From Actinomycetota bacterium (lineage in GTDB: Bacteria; Actinomycetota; Thermoleophilia; Gaiellales; Gaiellaceae), in NCBI GenBank assembly GCA_020029615.1, contig JAIBJO010000004.1, positions 3,983 through 67,982 of the forward strand: DNA of 64,000 nt, written 5' to 3'. The position numbers and the translations under genes are program-made. Positions 1 through 11,716 of this stretch are shown here, piece after piece. The notes below the pieces were generated by a model. That model made no database searches and was not told where the DNA came from. It saw only the letters and a list, made by a program, of their open reading frames with translations. Numbering within the stretch: position 1 is the stretch's first letter; each line of letters opens with the position of its first letter.

Positions 1-2043
1 GCGATCCTCTACGTCGGCCTCGACGGCGGCGCCGTCGGCTCGTGGCTCGCCGAGGCGCTGCGGGACGTGCTGGGCAGCGCGGCGTACGTCCTTCCGGTCG
101 TGCTGTTGGCGCTGGGCGGGCTCATGCTCGCCCGCAGCGACCTCCTCGAGGTGAGGCCGTTCCGGCTCGGCGTCGGTGTCAGCTTCCTCGGCCTCATGAC
201 GCTGCTCGGCAAGGACAGCGGGGGCTGGATCGGGATGGCCGTCGGCGGCACGCTGGCGGCGCTGATCGGTGAGACGGGTGCGGCGATCGTCGGAGGTGCG
301 CTTCTGCTTGCAGGACTGTTGCTCATCACCGGTGCGTCGACCGGAGTGATCCTCCGGCGAACGGGTCACGTGGTGAAACGAGCGGGCTCGGGAGCCAGGC
401 GCGCGCTCGACTGGGCGTCGAGCGAGTCGCAGACCGCCGAGGACGTGGCTGTACCTCGCGCGCCTGTCGCGGCTCCGGCTCGGGACGTGCTCGACGGAGC
501 GGAGGCGTATCCCGACATCGTCGGCGAGGCACCGTCCGCTGGTTCTCAACCCCTTGTGGCGGAGGAGCCCGAGCTGGCCTTCGAGAGTGTCGAGACGGTC
601 TTCGAGACGTCCGCAGAGCACTCGGAGTACCGGCTTCCCGACCGGGCGATCCTGAAGCCGTCGCCGGCGGTGGCCGCGTCGGCAGGCGACTCCGGGGCCC
701 GTACGGCCGACCTGCTCGTCCGAACGCTGTCCGAGTTCGGGGTCGAGGCGACCGTCACGGGCCAGATCTCCGGGCCGCGCGTCACCCGCTACGAGCTCCA
801 GCTCGCACCCGGGACCAAGGTCTCGAAGGTCGCAGGGCTGAAGGACGATCTCTCGTATGCGCTCGCGACGACCGAGATCCGGATCCTCGCGCCGATTCCC
901 GGCAAGCAGGCGGTGGGAGTCGAGGTCCCCAACCTCTCGCCGCGCCTCGTCACCCTCGGCGACATCTACGACGACCTGCCCGCAACTGCGAGCCCGCTCG
1001 CGGTCTGGCTGGGCAAGGACATCTCCGGAAACGCGGTCTGGACCGACCTCGCGCGCATGCCGCACCTCCTGATCGCAGGCACGACCGGCTCGGGCAAGTC
1101 GGGCTGCATCAACACGATCCTCACGTCCACGCTCCTGCGCGCGACTCCGGACGACGTCCGCATGATCCTCATCGACCCCAAGCGCATCGAGCTCGGCTAC
1201 TACGAGTCGATACCGCACCTCATGACGCCCGTGGTCTCGAGCCCGAAGGAGGCGGCCGTCGTCCTGATGAACGTCGTCGCCGAGATGGAGCGACGCTACG
1301 AGCGGCTTTCGTTCGTGCGTGCACGAAGCCTTCCCGAGGCGAACCGCGCCTTGCGTGCACGGGGAGAGGCGACGCTCCCTTACCTCCTCGTCGTGATCGA
1401 CGAGCTCGCCGACCTGATGATGGTCTCGCCGCAGGCAGTCGAGGACTGCGTGATCCGCCTCGCGCAGAAGTCGCGCGCGGTCGGGATCCACCTCGTGCTG
1501 GCGACGCAGCGCCCCTCCGTGGACGTCATCACCGGGATGATCAAGGCGAACGTGCCGTCGCGGATCGCGTTCGCCGTCTCGAGCCAGACCGACTCGCGCG
1601 TGATCCTCGACACGGCCGGCGCCGAGAGCCTGCTCGGACAAGGCGACATGCTCTTCAAGCCGCTCGGAACCTCACGCCTGCAGCGTCTGCAGGGTGCGTA
1701 CGTCAGCGAGGAAGAGGTCGCTCTCGTCGTCGAGCAGTGCCGGGCTCAGCGAGGACAGGAGCTCGACGAGTCTCTCCTCGAGGCTCCGGAGGTCGCATAC
1801 GAGGAGGGGGGTGAGGACGTCGACTTCGACCCCGACGAGGATCCGCTGCTCGAGCGCGCGATCGAGATCGTCGTGCAGACCCAGACCGCGTCCGTCTCAC
1901 TTCTGCAGCGCCGGCTTCGCGTGGGGTACACCCGTGCAGGCCGCCTGATCGACATGCTCGAACGCCGCGGGATCATCTCGGGATACGAGGGCTCGAAGCC
2001 GCGTCGCGTGCTCGTCGCCGAGAGCGAGCTGCACACAGTCTGA
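1..2043 (+). CDS. ftsK: DNA translocase FtsK/SpoIIIE, 5' end lies upstream of window
   Basis: Frame 1 is open from base 1. N-terminal TM helices, Walker A GTTGSGKS, Walker B LLVVIDELADLMM, C-terminal gamma winged helix SLLQRRLRVGYTRAGRLIDMLERRGII. Confidence 0.92.
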   Translation, partial: AILYVGLDGGAVGSWLAEALRDVLGSAAYVLPVVLLALGGLMLARSDLLEVRPFRLGVGVSFLGLMTLLGKDSGGWIGMAVGGTLAALIGETGAAIVGGALLLAGLLLITGASTGVILRRTGHVVKRAGSGARRALDWASSESQTAEDVAVPRAPVAAPARDVLDGAEAYPDIVGEAPSAGSQPLVAEEPELAFESVETVFETSAEHSEYRLPDRAILKPSPAVAASAGDSGARTADLLVRTLSEFGVEATVTGQISGPRVTRYELQLAPGTKVSKVAGLKDDLSYALATTEIRILAPIPGKQAVGVEVPNLSPRLVTLGDIYDDLPATASPLAVWLGKDISGNAVWTDLARMPHLLIAGTTGSGKSGCINTILTSTLLRATPDDVRMILIDPKRIELGYYESIPHLMTPVVSSPKEAAVVLMNVVAEMERRYERLSFVRARSLPEANRALRARGEATLPYLLVVIDELADLMMVSPQAVEDCVIRLAQKSRAVGIHLVLATQRPSVDVITGMIKANVPSRIAFAVSSQTDSRVILDTAGAESLLGQGDMLFKPLGTSRLQRLQGAYVSEEEVALVVEQCRAQRGQELDESLLEAPEVAYEEGGEDVDFDPDEDPLLERAIEIVVQTQTASVSLLQRRLRVGYTRAGRLIDMLERRGIISGYEGSKPRRVLVAESELHTV

Positions 2044-2164
2044 GCCCCGACGATGTAGGCTTTCGGGCCGTGGTGGGGCTTCTTAACGGAGTTGTGAGGA
2101 GTTCCAACTCGCGGCTACATCAAGCGTCCAATCAGGGCGGCAGGCTTACTCGTAAGGAGGGCAT

Positions 2165-3082
2165 GTGAAAGTACGTACCAAGGCAGTCGCCGCACTCGCG
2201 GCGACGATCGCGGCTGTCATCGCGGTAACCGGCCTCGTTGCCGGCACGGGTACAGCCGCGCAAGACCAGACTGTGGTCAAGGTCGCGCTCGTGACGGACA
2301 CCGGCGGCCTGAACGACAAGGGGTTCAACACCCTTGCCGGCGCCGGGCTCAAAGCGGCGCAGAAAACGCTCGGCAGCAAGGTCGAGACCCGCATCTACAT
2401 CACGAACACGGATGCCGAGCGCACGACGAACCTCCAGCGGGCGGCGCAGGCCGGCTACCAGCTCGTGGTCGCGAACGGCGTACTCTTCACGTACGGTCCG
2501 CTGGACACCGTGGCGCCGGCGTTTTCCGACACGAAGTTCCTCGGTATCGACGTTGATCTCAACGCGGTCAAGGGCAAGCCGCAGAACATCCGCGGCGTCC
2601 AGTTCAGGGAGCAGGAGGCCGGCTGCCTCGTCGGCAACATCGCGGCTCTGGAGGTGAAGCGTCTGGCCGGCCCGGACATCATCTCGGCCGTGGGCGCCAA
2701 CAAGGCGACCGCTATCGTCCGCTTCTTCGCCGGCTACCAGTTCTGCGCGAAGCGGGCGAACCCGAGGGTCAAGGTCATCACTCAGTACGCCAATGACCCG
2801 ACCTTCAACGATCCGGCGAAGTGCAAGGCAACCGCGCTCAGCCAGATCGCGCGCGGCTCGAAGGTCGTCTTCCAGGTCGCCGGTGGCTGCGGCCTCGGGG
2901 CGATCGACGCTGCGAAGCAGAAGAAGGTGTGGGCGATCGGCGTCGACGCCGACCAGGGCTTCTTCGGCCCGCACGTGCTGACGAGCGCGATGAAGGGCGT
3001 CCAGACCGCGCAGTACACGGCGTCCAGCCAGGCGCTGTTGAAGCTGATGGCAAGCGGCAAGCTCAAGCCGCCGGCGAAGTAA
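2165..3082 (+). CDS. BMP/PnrA-family ABC substrate-binding protein (nucleoside-type)
   Basis: GTG start 4 nt after AAGGAGG. N-terminal hydrophobic signal/anchor with no lipobox Cys. [16 protein letters not shown] and WAIGVDADQ resemble the basic membrane protein family. First gene of an ABC operon. Confidence 0.8.
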   Translation: MKVRTKAVAALAATIAAVIAVTGLVAGTGTAAQDQTVVKVALVTDTGGLNDKGFNTLAGAGLKAAQKTLGSKVETRIYITNTDAERTTNLQRAAQAGYQLVVANGVLFTYGPLDTVAPAFSDTKFLGIDVDLNAVKGKPQNIRGVQFREQEAGCLVGNIAALEVKRLAGPDIISAVGANKATAIVRFFAGYQFCAKRANPRVKVITQYANDPTFNDPAKCKATALSQIARGSKVVFQVAGGCGLGAIDAAKQKKVWAIGVDADQGFFGPHVLTSAMKGVQTAQYTASSQALLKLMASGKLKPPAK

Positions 3083-3091
3083 GCGCAGGAG

Positions 3092-3121
3092 ACCAGGGGG
3101 CGGGTCTTCCCGCCCCCTGGT
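3092..3121 (+). terminator. GC-rich hairpin (13-bp stem, 4-nt loop) between binding-protein and ATPase genes
   Basis: ACCAGGGGGCGGG-TCTT-CCCGCCCCCTGGT read directly. No T-tract follows, so it is more likely an attenuator or mRNA-stabilising hairpin than a classic terminator. Confidence 0.5.
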
Positions 3122-3173
3122 TCCGACCGCGAGTTCGCCGCACGACTTCCATCGGCGAGGCAGCCGAAATAGG

Positions 3174-4718
3174 ATGCCCCGCATGAACGAGGGCGTTCCG
3201 GTGCTCGAGCTGCGCGGGATCACGAAGCGCTTCCCCGGCGTCGTCGCCAACGACCACGTCGACCTGGACCTGCGTCACGGCGAGGTTCACGCCCTGCTGG
3301 GGGAGAACGGCGCAGGAAAGTCGACGCTGATGAACGTGCTCTACGGCCTGTACCGGCCCGACGAAGGAGAGATCCTGGTCAACGGGCGGGCGGTGACATT
3401 CCACTCGCCGAAGGACGCGATCTCGCACGGCATCGGCATGGTGCACCAGCACTTCATGCTCATCCCCGTGATGACCGTCGCCGAGAACGTCATCCTCGCG
3501 AACGAGCCGACGACGAAAGCGCTCTTCCTCGACTACTCCGCCGCGGAGGAACGTGTGAGGGAGTTGGCCGACAGCTTCGGCTTCGCGATCGACCCTGAGG
3601 CGCGCATCCAGGACATCTCGGTCGGCCAGCAGCAGCGGGTCGAGATCTTGAAGGCGCTCTATCGCGGGGCGGACGTGCTGATCCTCGACGAGCCGACGGC
3701 CGTGCTCACGCCGCAGGAGGTCGGCGAGCTCTTCGCGATTCTCGGCACGTTCATCGACAAGGGCATGTCCGTGATCTTCATCACCCACAAGCTGAACGAG
3801 GTGCTCGAGATCGCCAACCGCATCAGCGTGCTCCGCCGCGGCAAGCTCGTGGAGACGGTGCCGCGCGAGGGGGCGACCGAGCAAGGTCTCGCGCGCCTCA
3901 TGGTGGGGCGGGAAGTCCTCCTCCGCGTCGAGAAGCCACCTTCCAGCCCTGGAGAGCCGCTGCTTCAGGTCGAGGACCTGCGGGCTGTGGACGACCGCGG
4001 GCTCGAAAGCGTCCGCGGCATCTCCCTCGAGGTGCGGGGGGGTGAGATCGTCGGCATCGCGGGCGTCGACGGCAACGGCCAGTCCGAGCTCGTCGAGGTC
4101 CTCTCCGGGCTGCGGCGGCCGATCGCCGGCTCGGTGCGACTGGCGGGACGGGACATCACGGGCGCGGGGGCGCGCGAGATCCTGGATCTCGGCTTGGGCC
4201 ACGTTCCCGAGGACCGCCACCGCCGTGGGCTCGTGCTCGACTTCACACTCGCCGAAAATCTGGCGCTGCACGACTACGACAAGCAGCCGAACTCCCGCTT
4301 CGGCTGGCTGTTCCCGTCACGGATGGTTGAACGCGCCCGCGACCTGCTCCAACGGTTCGACGTCCGGGGCGGGGGGCCTGAGACCCGAGCCTCGGCGCTC
4401 TCGGGGGGCAACCAGCAGAAGGTCGTGCTGGCCCGTGAGATCGGACGCGATCCACGCGTTCTCCTCGCCGCGCAGCCCACACGTGGGCTGGACGTGGGAG
4501 CGATCGAGTTCGTCCACCGGCAGCTCGTCGAGGCGCGAGACCGCGGGAAAGGGGTGTTGCTGGTCTCTCTGGAGCTGGAGGAGATCCTCTCGCTCTCCGA
4601 CCGGGTCCTCGTGATCTACGAGGGGGTGATCGTCGCGGAGTACGGGCCGGATGTCACGGAAGAGACCTGCGGGATCGCGATGACGGGCGGCACGGTCACG
4701 GGCGAAGCGGCAGCATGA
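3174..4718 (+). CDS. ABC transporter ATP-binding protein with duplicated nucleotide-binding domains
   Basis: Two Walker A motifs ([17 protein letters not shown]) and two signature motifs ([18 protein letters not shown]). 514 aa, typical of sugar/nucleoside importers. Confidence 0.9.
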   Translation: MPRMNEGVPVLELRGITKRFPGVVANDHVDLDLRHGEVHALLGENGAGKSTLMNVLYGLYRPDEGEILVNGRAVTFHSPKDAISHGIGMVHQHFMLIPVMTVAENVILANEPTTKALFLDYSAAEERVRELADSFGFAIDPEARIQDISVGQQQRVEILKALYRGADVLILDEPTAVLTPQEVGELFAILGTFIDKGMSVIFITHKLNEVLEIANRISVLRRGKLVETVPREGATEQGLARLMVGREVLLRVEKPPSSPGEPLLQVEDLRAVDDRGLESVRGISLEVRGGEIVGIAGVDGNGQSELVEVLSGLRRPIAGSVRLAGRDITGAGAREILDLGLGHVPEDRHRRGLVLDFTLAENLALHDYDKQPNSRFGWLFPSRMVERARDLLQRFDVRGGGPETRASALSGGNQQKVVLAREIGRDPRVLLAAQPTRGLDVGAIEFVHRQLVEARDRGKGVLLVSLELEEILSLSDRVLVIYEGVIVAEYGPDVTEETCGIAMTGGTVTGEAAA

Positions 4719-5959
4719 GCGAGCAGGCGCCGACGCCGGCCCAGCGGTCAGAGCCCGAGGCCAGCACGGTCCCTGCCCGGCTCGCGTTGTACCAGCGCGC
4801 CGGTGGGATCGTGACGCCGCTCGTGACGACGCTCATCGCATTCCTCATCGGCGGGTTGGTCGTCCTCGTCCTCAGCGGCAAGAACCCCCTCTCGACGTAC
4901 AAGGCGATCTTCAACGGCACCGGACTCAACTGGCTGTTCCCGTGGAACGCGACCTGTTCCGTCCGTGATCCCGGCAACGAGCTCTGCGTGAATGCGACGA
5001 ACCTTCAGGCGACGCTGATTTATCTCACGGTCCTCATCCTCACCGGTCTCGCCGTCGCGTTCGCCTTTCGCTGCGGCCTCTTCAACATCGGCGGACAGGG
5101 GCAGTACATCGTCGGCGCCGTCGTCGGCTTCCAAGTAGGCCTGTGGTTCGACTCAATGCCCGCGGCGCCGCACATCCTCCTCGCCTTCGTCGCGGCAGGC
5201 CTCGCCGGGGCGTTCTGGGCCGGGATCGCCGGCTTCCTGAAGGCGACCCTCGGAGCCCACGAGGTGATCACGACGATCATGCTGAATTGGATCGCCTACT
5301 GGGCTGCGACGTATCTCATCAACGGTGGGCCGCTGCAGGACCCGGTGGCCGAGGAGGCAGGCGCACAAGTGTCGAGGGACATCGCTGACAGTGCGAAGCT
5401 GCCGGTCATCTGGGGTGTCCAGGGCTTGCAGGGCCTGCACATCGGACTGTTCGTCGCACTCGGCGCGCTCGTCGCCTACTCGATCCTCGTCAACCGCACG
5501 ACCCTGGGCTACGAAGTGCGGGCGGTGGGCTTCAACCCCGAGGCGGCGGCGTACGGCGGCATCAGCGTCGCCCGCAACTACGTGCTGGCGATGGCAATCT
5601 CGGGGGCCTTCGCGGGGATGGCCGGGGCGATGGCGCCTCTCGGTCTCTCGTTCCATCTGACCTCGACCTCGATCCAGACTGATTCGTACATTGCATTCCT
5701 CGGCATCGCCGTCGCGCTCCTCGGACGCAACACTGCCGTCGGCATCTTCTTCGCCGCGCTGCTCTTCGCCGCGCTCCAGGTCGGGACCAGGTCGGCAAAT
5801 CTCGATCCGGACGTCTTTCAACCCGAGCTCGCGAACAACCTCACGCAGCTCATCCAGGGGCTCATCGTCCTGTTCGTCGGAGCCGAACTGCTCGTCCTTT
5901 CCGTCTGGCAGGCGCGGAAGCGTCTGCCTCGTGCGGGCCGCACGGCGGTGGAGCCGTGA
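4715..5959 (+). CDS. ABC transporter permease
   Basis: ATGA overlap with the ATPase gene. Polytopic hydrophobic protein of the BMP-type importer. Confidence 0.85.
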   Translation: MSEQAPTPAQRSEPEASTVPARLALYQRAGGIVTPLVTTLIAFLIGGLVVLVLSGKNPLSTYKAIFNGTGLNWLFPWNATCSVRDPGNELCVNATNLQATLIYLTVLILTGLAVAFAFRCGLFNIGGQGQYIVGAVVGFQVGLWFDSMPAAPHILLAFVAAGLAGAFWAGIAGFLKATLGAHEVITTIMLNWIAYWAATYLINGGPLQDPVAEEAGAQVSRDIADSAKLPVIWGVQGLQGLHIGLFVALGALVAYSILVNRTTLGYEVRAVGFNPEAAAYGGISVARNYVLAMAISGAFAGMAGAMAPLGLSFHLTSTSIQTDSYIAFLGIAVALLGRNTAVGIFFAALLFAALQVGTRSANLDPDVFQPELANNLTQLIQGLIVLFVGAELLVLSVWQARKRLPRAGRTAVEP

Positions 5960-7194
5960 GCGTTCGCGCCGAAGCCCCGCGCCCGCGCTACGCCCGCGGG
6001 CAGATCATCACGGCGAGGCGCCTGGCCATCCTCGGCATGGGGCTCGCGCCGGTCGCACTCTGGCTGACGCTGCCGCCCCTGACGCTCGACACCGTCGCGG
6101 CACCGTTCATCCTCGGCGCGGTGTCGGCGCTGCTCGGTGTCGCAGCGATCACACGGGGCGAGCGCCGTGTGGGCTGGGGGGCAGTCGCAAGCGGCGTGCT
6201 GGCCATCGGAGCGGGCGTGTTCGCCGTCCAGGCGAGTTCGTCCAACCTCAAAGAGGTCATCACCTGGTCGACGCTGATCTCGCTCGGGCTCGCAGCCGCC
6301 ACGCCCCTCATCTTCGCTGCCATCGGCGGGATGTTCTCGGAGCGCAGTGGCGTGGTGAACATCGGTCTCGAGGGCATGATGCTGATGGGCGCTTTCTTCG
6401 GGATCTGGGGCGCCGACGTGACGGGATCGTGGTACGGCGGGCTGCTGATCGCGATGGTCTCGGGCGGGCTGCTCGCCCTCGTCCACGCGTACTTCTGCAT
6501 CCAGCTGCGCGCCGACCAGATCGTCGTCGGCACGGCGATCATCTTCCTGGCCTACGGGATCACCGGGTACCTCTACAACGACATCTACCGGGGAGAAGGA
6601 ACGCCAGCCGTCCTGCCCGAGATCCCGCTCGTGAACCTCGACTTCCTCGCGAGCATCCCTCCGGAGGGGCTGGGTGACTTCCTGTACAAGTCGTTCGGCG
6701 ACCTGAGCCTGATGACCTGGATCGCGTTCGCAATCGTCGTCCTGTCGTCCATCTTTCTCTTCAGGACGGCCTGGGGCCTGCGGGTTCGTTCCGTCGGCGA
6801 GCACCCGCGCGCGGCCGACACCGTCGGCATCGACGTCTACCGGGTGCGCTACGCGTGTGTCGTCCTCTCCGGTGTCCTGGCCGCGATGGGCGGGGCGTAC
6901 CTGTCGATCGGATACACGCATTTGTTCACCGAGCAGATGACACAGGGAAGAGGCTTCATTGCCCTGGCAGCCCTCATCTTCGGCAACTGGCGACCGTACG
7001 GTGCGCTCGCCGCGTGCCTCCTCTTCGGCTTGTCCACCGCCTTCTCCCCGCAGCTCCAGAACGTCGAAGCGTGGGCGCCCTACGGGCAGCTCTTCGCAGC
7101 CCTGCCGTATCTGTTGACCATCGTCGTGGTCGCAGGGGTCATCGGTCGCTCGATCCCGCCTGCCGCCGTCGGACGCCCGTACGTCAAGCAGTAG
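5956..7194 (+). CDS. ABC transporter permease
   Basis: GTGA overlap with the preceding permease. Polytopic membrane protein and second permease of the importer. Confidence 0.85.
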   Translation: MSVRAEAPRPRYARGQIITARRLAILGMGLAPVALWLTLPPLTLDTVAAPFILGAVSALLGVAAITRGERRVGWGAVASGVLAIGAGVFAVQASSSNLKEVITWSTLISLGLAAATPLIFAAIGGMFSERSGVVNIGLEGMMLMGAFFGIWGADVTGSWYGGLLIAMVSGGLLALVHAYFCIQLRADQIVVGTAIIFLAYGITGYLYNDIYRGEGTPAVLPEIPLVNLDFLASIPPEGLGDFLYKSFGDLSLMTWIAFAIVVLSSIFLFRTAWGLRVRSVGEHPRAADTVGIDVYRVRYACVVLSGVLAAMGGAYLSIGYTHLFTEQMTQGRGFIALAALIFGNWRPYGALAACLLFGLSTAFSPQLQNVEAWAPYGQLFAALPYLLTIVVVAGVIGRSIPPAAVGRPYVKQ

Positions 7195-7195
7195 C

Positions 7196-7534
7196 GTGGC
7201 GCGGGTGGGGTACGCCGCGGCCTGGGGGTCGCTCGTCGCTGGGCTCGCGTCGGTGGCGACGCTCCCGGTCGCGATCTACGCGACGCGTTTCAGCGAGCGC
7301 TACGACCTACTACACGCTGGCTTCGCCGTCCCCGTTGCCGCGGCGCTCGGGCTCGTCTCGCTGGCGCTCGCACGACGTGCCCACATGCGCGGCACGCTGA
7401 CGCTCGACGGGCGACGACCGGCTCCTGCGCGCGTCGGCCGTGTCCTCGGCGGCGTCGGTCTCTGCATGGCGGCGGCGGCCGTCGTCGCGCTCGGGGTGTA
7501 CGGCCTCCTCGAGTACGTCGGCTCGAGGGAGTAG
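7196..7534 (+). CDS. hypothetical small membrane protein
   Basis: GTG start 1 nt after the permease stop. Three predicted hydrophobic helices; no recognisable family. Confidence 0.45.
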   Translation: MARVGYAAAWGSLVAGLASVATLPVAIYATRFSERYDLLHAGFAVPVAAALGLVSLALARRAHMRGTLTLDGRRPAPARVGRVLGGVGLCMAAAAVVALGVYGLLEYVGSRE

Positions 7535-7542
7535 CTCACATG

Positions 7543-7571
7543 CTGGGGGAACCACCTCCCGGTTCCCCCAG
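7543..7571 (+). terminator. perfect 11-bp hairpin CTGGGGGAACC-ACCTCCC-GGTTCCCCCAG after the ABC operon
   Basis: Read directly, 9 nt after the stop at 7534. No T-tract. Same GGGGGAAnC / GnTTCCCCC theme as the hairpins at 48066-48090 and 49135-49159. Confidence 0.5.
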
Positions 7572-7633
7572 ACCCCCTCCACTGGTCCGCTTCGCGGACA
7601 GGCGCTATCGCGCCCGTCTACACTGTCCCGCTC

Positions 7634-8344
7634 ATGTTCGACATCGGCTCAAGCCTGCGCGAAGCTCGACTGCGCCAGGACCTCGACTTCCCCGAGCTCG
7701 AGGAGCGGACGAAGATCCGTCCGAAGTACCTCAGGGCGCTCGAGGACGAGCGATTCGACATCCTGCCTGCGCCGACCTACGTGCGGGGGTTCCTTCGCTC
7801 CTACGCGGAGGCGCTCGGCCTCGACGGACAGCCCTTCGTCGACGAGTACAACACGCGCTTCGCCGTCGGAGAAGAGGATGCGCCGCTGCGCTCCCGCCGG
7901 GTCCCGGTTCAACGTCGAGACCGCAAGCCGCGTGAGTCGCGGATCGCGGTCGTGGCGCTCTTCGCCATCGCCGTGGCGACCGCGCTCGTCATCGCAGCCT
8001 GGAGGTTCGGCGGGCCTGAGGGTGAGGCGGTTCGAGGGCTTGCCACCCAAGGCTCCGAGCGAGTCACGCAGAAGCCCTCACGAGCACAACAGACGAGGCT
8101 CGTCGTGCACGCGGTGAGCGGTGGCTCGTGGATGGAGGTGCGCGAGGGGTCGACGGCGGGCGAGCTCCTGTACAGCGGGACGCTCGAGCGAGGCCAGCGG
8201 AAGACGTTCGAAGCCTCGCGGCTACAGCTCGCGCTGGCGGAGCCCCAGAACGTCGCGGTACGCGTGAACGGCAACCGGGTCGCTCTGCCCGTGGGAACGA
8301 CCTTCGTCGTCACGCCGAGCCGGATCGCGCGCACGACCCCTTGA
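7634..8344 (+). CDS. RodZ-like cytoskeleton protein (XRE-type HTH, one TM helix, DUF4115-like C-domain)
   Basis: N-terminal HTH LREARLRQDLDFPELEERTKIRPKYLRALE, TM helix IAVVALFAIAVATALVIAAW, beta-rich C-terminus. Sits upstream of cinA-recA as in Firmicutes. Confidence 0.7.
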   Translation: MFDIGSSLREARLRQDLDFPELEERTKIRPKYLRALEDERFDILPAPTYVRGFLRSYAEALGLDGQPFVDEYNTRFAVGEEDAPLRSRRVPVQRRDRKPRESRIAVVALFAIAVATALVIAAWRFGGPEGEAVRGLATQGSERVTQKPSRAQQTRLVVHAVSGGSWMEVREGSTAGELLYSGTLERGQRKTFEASRLQLALAEPQNVAVRVNGNRVALPVGTTFVVTPSRIARTTP

Positions 8345-9609
8345 CCCGCCCCCGGGCGGCAATCGTCGTGACGGGCAGCGAGCTCGTTCGAGGCGAGCGC
8401 GCTGACCGCAACGGGCCTTTCCTCGCTGCCGAGGCTGTGCGGCTCGGGCTCGACCCAGCGCGCATAACCGTCGTCGGTGATCGCCCGGAGGATCTGGAGC
8501 AGGCGTTCCGGCAGGGCCTCGAGGCCGATCTGTGCCTCGTCACTGGCGGGCTCGGGCCGACGCACGACGACCGTACGATCGAGCTCGTGGCTCGCGCAGC
8601 GGGACGCGAGCTCGTCGTGGACGACGCGCTCGAGCAGGAGATCGAGGGCGTCTCGCGGATGTTCGCGGCTCGCCTCGGGCGTCCGTACGAGGACTTCGCG
8701 AGAGGGGTCCGGAAGCAGGCGACGCTTCCAGTGGGTGCGCTCTCGCTCGGGCTCGCCGGCACGGCTCCCGGTGTCGTGCTCGACACGAGCGGGTGCGTGG
8801 TCGTGGTGCTCCCTGGCCCACCGCGCGAGCTCCGGCGACTCTGGCCGCGCGCGCTGGAGACGGACCCCGTGCGACGAGTGCTCGAGCGCGCGCCGCCGCG
8901 CGAGCGCGTCGTGCTGCGCTTCTACGGTCCGCCCGAGTCCGGAGTCGCGGAAGCACTCGCCGAAGCGGGTGGGGATGGTGACGGCGTCGAGGTGACGATC
9001 TGTGCGCGAGAGTTCGAGATCCATGTCGACCTCGTCGTCGAGCCCGGAGCCGAGGAGCGCGGCGCAGCTCTGGCGAGGATCATGAGAGAGCGGCTCGGGA
9101 AGTACCTGTTCAGCGAGGACGAGCGCACGATCGCCGAGATCGTGCTCGACCTCTGCCGCGCTCGGGGGCTCACGCTGGCGACGGCCGAGTCGTGTACCGG
9201 CGGCATGGTGGCGGCTCGACTGACCGGTGTGCCGGGGGCCAGCGACGTGTTCCGCGGGAGCATCGTCGCCTACGCGAACGACGTGAAGGCGACCGAGCTC
9301 GGAGTTTCGGAGGAGGTCTTGGCCACCTACGGCGCCGTCTCGTCCGAGACGGCGGCCGCGATGGCCCACGGCGTTCGCGCGAGGCTCGGCGCAGACCTCG
9401 GCGTCGCGGTGACTGGCGTCGCCGGGCCGGGCGGCGGCACCGAGGAGAAGCCGGTCGGGCTCGTCCTGGTCCACGTCGCCGGCCCGGACGGAGAGGAGGC
9501 GCGCCGAACCGAGCTTCCCGGCGACCGCGAGATGATTCGAGGGCGTGCGACGGCCGCGTCGCTCCATCTTGTTCGGCGATTGTTGGAGAGCCGGCACACC
9601 TCGACGTGA
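8341..9609 (+). CDS. cinA: competence/damage-inducible protein CinA (MoCF-binding domain plus PncC-type NMN deamidase domain)
   Basis: TTG start in a TTGA overlap with the rodZ-like stop. AAIVVTGSELVRGERADRNG at the N-terminus and LATAESCTGGMVAARLTG in the C-domain. The track ORF from 8128 is an artefactual extension. Confidence 0.85.
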   Translation: MTRPRAAIVVTGSELVRGERADRNGPFLAAEAVRLGLDPARITVVGDRPEDLEQAFRQGLEADLCLVTGGLGPTHDDRTIELVARAAGRELVVDDALEQEIEGVSRMFAARLGRPYEDFARGVRKQATLPVGALSLGLAGTAPGVVLDTSGCVVVVLPGPPRELRRLWPRALETDPVRRVLERAPPRERVVLRFYGPPESGVAEALAEAGGDGDGVEVTICAREFEIHVDLVVEPGAEERGAALARIMRERLGKYLFSEDERTIAEIVLDLCRARGLTLATAESCTGGMVAARLTGVPGASDVFRGSIVAYANDVKATELGVSEEVLATYGAVSSETAAAMAHGVRARLGADLGVAVTGVAGPGGGTEEKPVGLVLVHVAGPDGEEARRTELPGDREMIRGRATAASLHLVRRLLESRHTST

Positions 9610-10157
9610 GCGCCGGGGGTACCGTCGGGGACGATGGTCGACTCAGGCTGTTCGTCGCTCTCGAGCTTCCCCCGGACGTCGTGGTGGCGCTGGTCTCCTG
9701 GGGCAAGCGTCATCTGGCCGGGGGCAGGCCGGTGTCGAGCTTCCACGTCACGCTTGCGTTTCTGGGCAGCCAGCCGTCGGCGGCCGTCGAGCCGGTCGGG
9801 CGTGCTCTTCGCGAGGAAGCCGCTGCGGCGGGACCGGTGCGGCTCGAGCCCGTCCGCTACCGGGAGACCCGGTCGGTAGGCATGCTCGTGCTCGCGGACC
9901 CCACCGGGGAGGCCGCACGGCTCGCCGATCGCCTACAGCGCCGACTCGAGGGCATGGGCCTCTATCGTCGGGAGCAGCGACCTTGGCTTCCGCACGTCAC
10001 GGTCCTGCGCTTTCGTGAGCGGCCGCGTCTCGACCCGCCGCTACCCGAGGTCGGCTCGTTCGCTCCGTCCGGCGCCGCTGCTTTGCTTTCACGCCTGCAC
10101 CCGTCAGGGGCGCGGTACGAGGTCTTGGAGTCGTGTTCGTTGGGACGTGTTCCGTAG
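9606..10157 (+). CDS. thpR: RNA 2',3'-cyclic phosphodiesterase / 2'-5' RNA ligase family (2H phosphoesterase)
   Basis: GTGA overlap with the cinA stop. Two H-x-T-x motifs (HVTLAF and HVTVLR). Confidence 0.75.
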   Translation: MSAGGTVGDDGRLRLFVALELPPDVVVALVSWGKRHLAGGRPVSSFHVTLAFLGSQPSAAVEPVGRALREEAAAAGPVRLEPVRYRETRSVGMLVLADPTGEAARLADRLQRRLEGMGLYRREQRPWLPHVTVLRFRERPRLDPPLPEVGSFAPSGAAALLSRLHPSGARYEVLESCSLGRVP

Positions 10158-10180
10158 AGCGATGAAGCCGGGAGGATGAG

Positions 10181-11254
<1,074 letters not shown>

Positions 11255-11290
11255 TACCGCCTCGAGCGGAGTGCCGGAGAACGAGAGACC

Positions 11291-11716
11291 ATGTCCGACG
11301 AGGCCGTCGAGTGCGCATTGCGCGCGCTGCGCCACCGAGATCGCACCGCGCGCGAGGTCGCCGAGCACCTCGGGGCCCGTGGCTTCTCCGAGAACGACCG
11401 GCTGCACGCACTTGAGGCTCTTCGTCGCACCGGGCTCGTCGACGACGAGCGCTTCGCGCGACTGCGTGCCGTGGCACTCGTCGACCGCGGAGCCGGCAAC
11501 GCCCTCATCCGGGCGCGTCTCGCCGAGGCGGGCGTCGAGCGCGAGCTCGTGGACGCCGCGCTCGCGGCCGTCGAGGAAGAGGCGACGCGCGCCCGCCGCA
11601 TCGTCGTCAGCCGAGGGGCGTCGGCCCGAACCGCTCGCTACCTGCACGGCAGGGGGTTCTCCGACGACGTCGTCGGCGCCGTCATTGCAGACGACCACGA
11701 GGGGGAGTTAGGATGA
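11291..11716 (+). CDS. recX: recombination regulator RecX
   Basis: Immediately follows recA. 141 aa helical-repeat protein with RecX-like ALRHRDRTAREV and RLRA motifs. Confidence 0.85.
   Translation: MSDEAVECALRALRHRDRTAREVAEHLGARGFSENDRLHALEALRRTGLVDDERFARLRAVALVDRGAGNALIRARLAEAGVERELVDAALAAVEEEATRARRIVVSRGASARTARYLHGRGFSDDVVGAVIADDHEGELG

Noticed and set aside
2044-2164. Purine/nucleoside riboswitch upstream of the BMP-type importer.
   Set aside because: I could not find the conserved junction nucleotides of the purine, 2'-dG or PRPP/guanidine classes by eye. Only a generic spacer with a strong SD is present.
3063-4271. Long antisense ORFs in the track. Examples: 3063-4271(-), 7909-9597(-), 12037-13650(-), 16762-18114(+), 25584-26885(+), 42540-43712(+), 43675-45180(+), 60314-61528(+), 61559-62737(+).
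   Set aside because: Each lies opposite a gene with unmistakable family motifs (ABC ATPase, cinA, rny, dapD/dapE, rpoD, ispG, rseP/dxr, murA, S9 peptidase). Their translations are Arg/Pro/Gly/Asp-rich low complexity, as expected when stop codons are rare in high-GC DNA.
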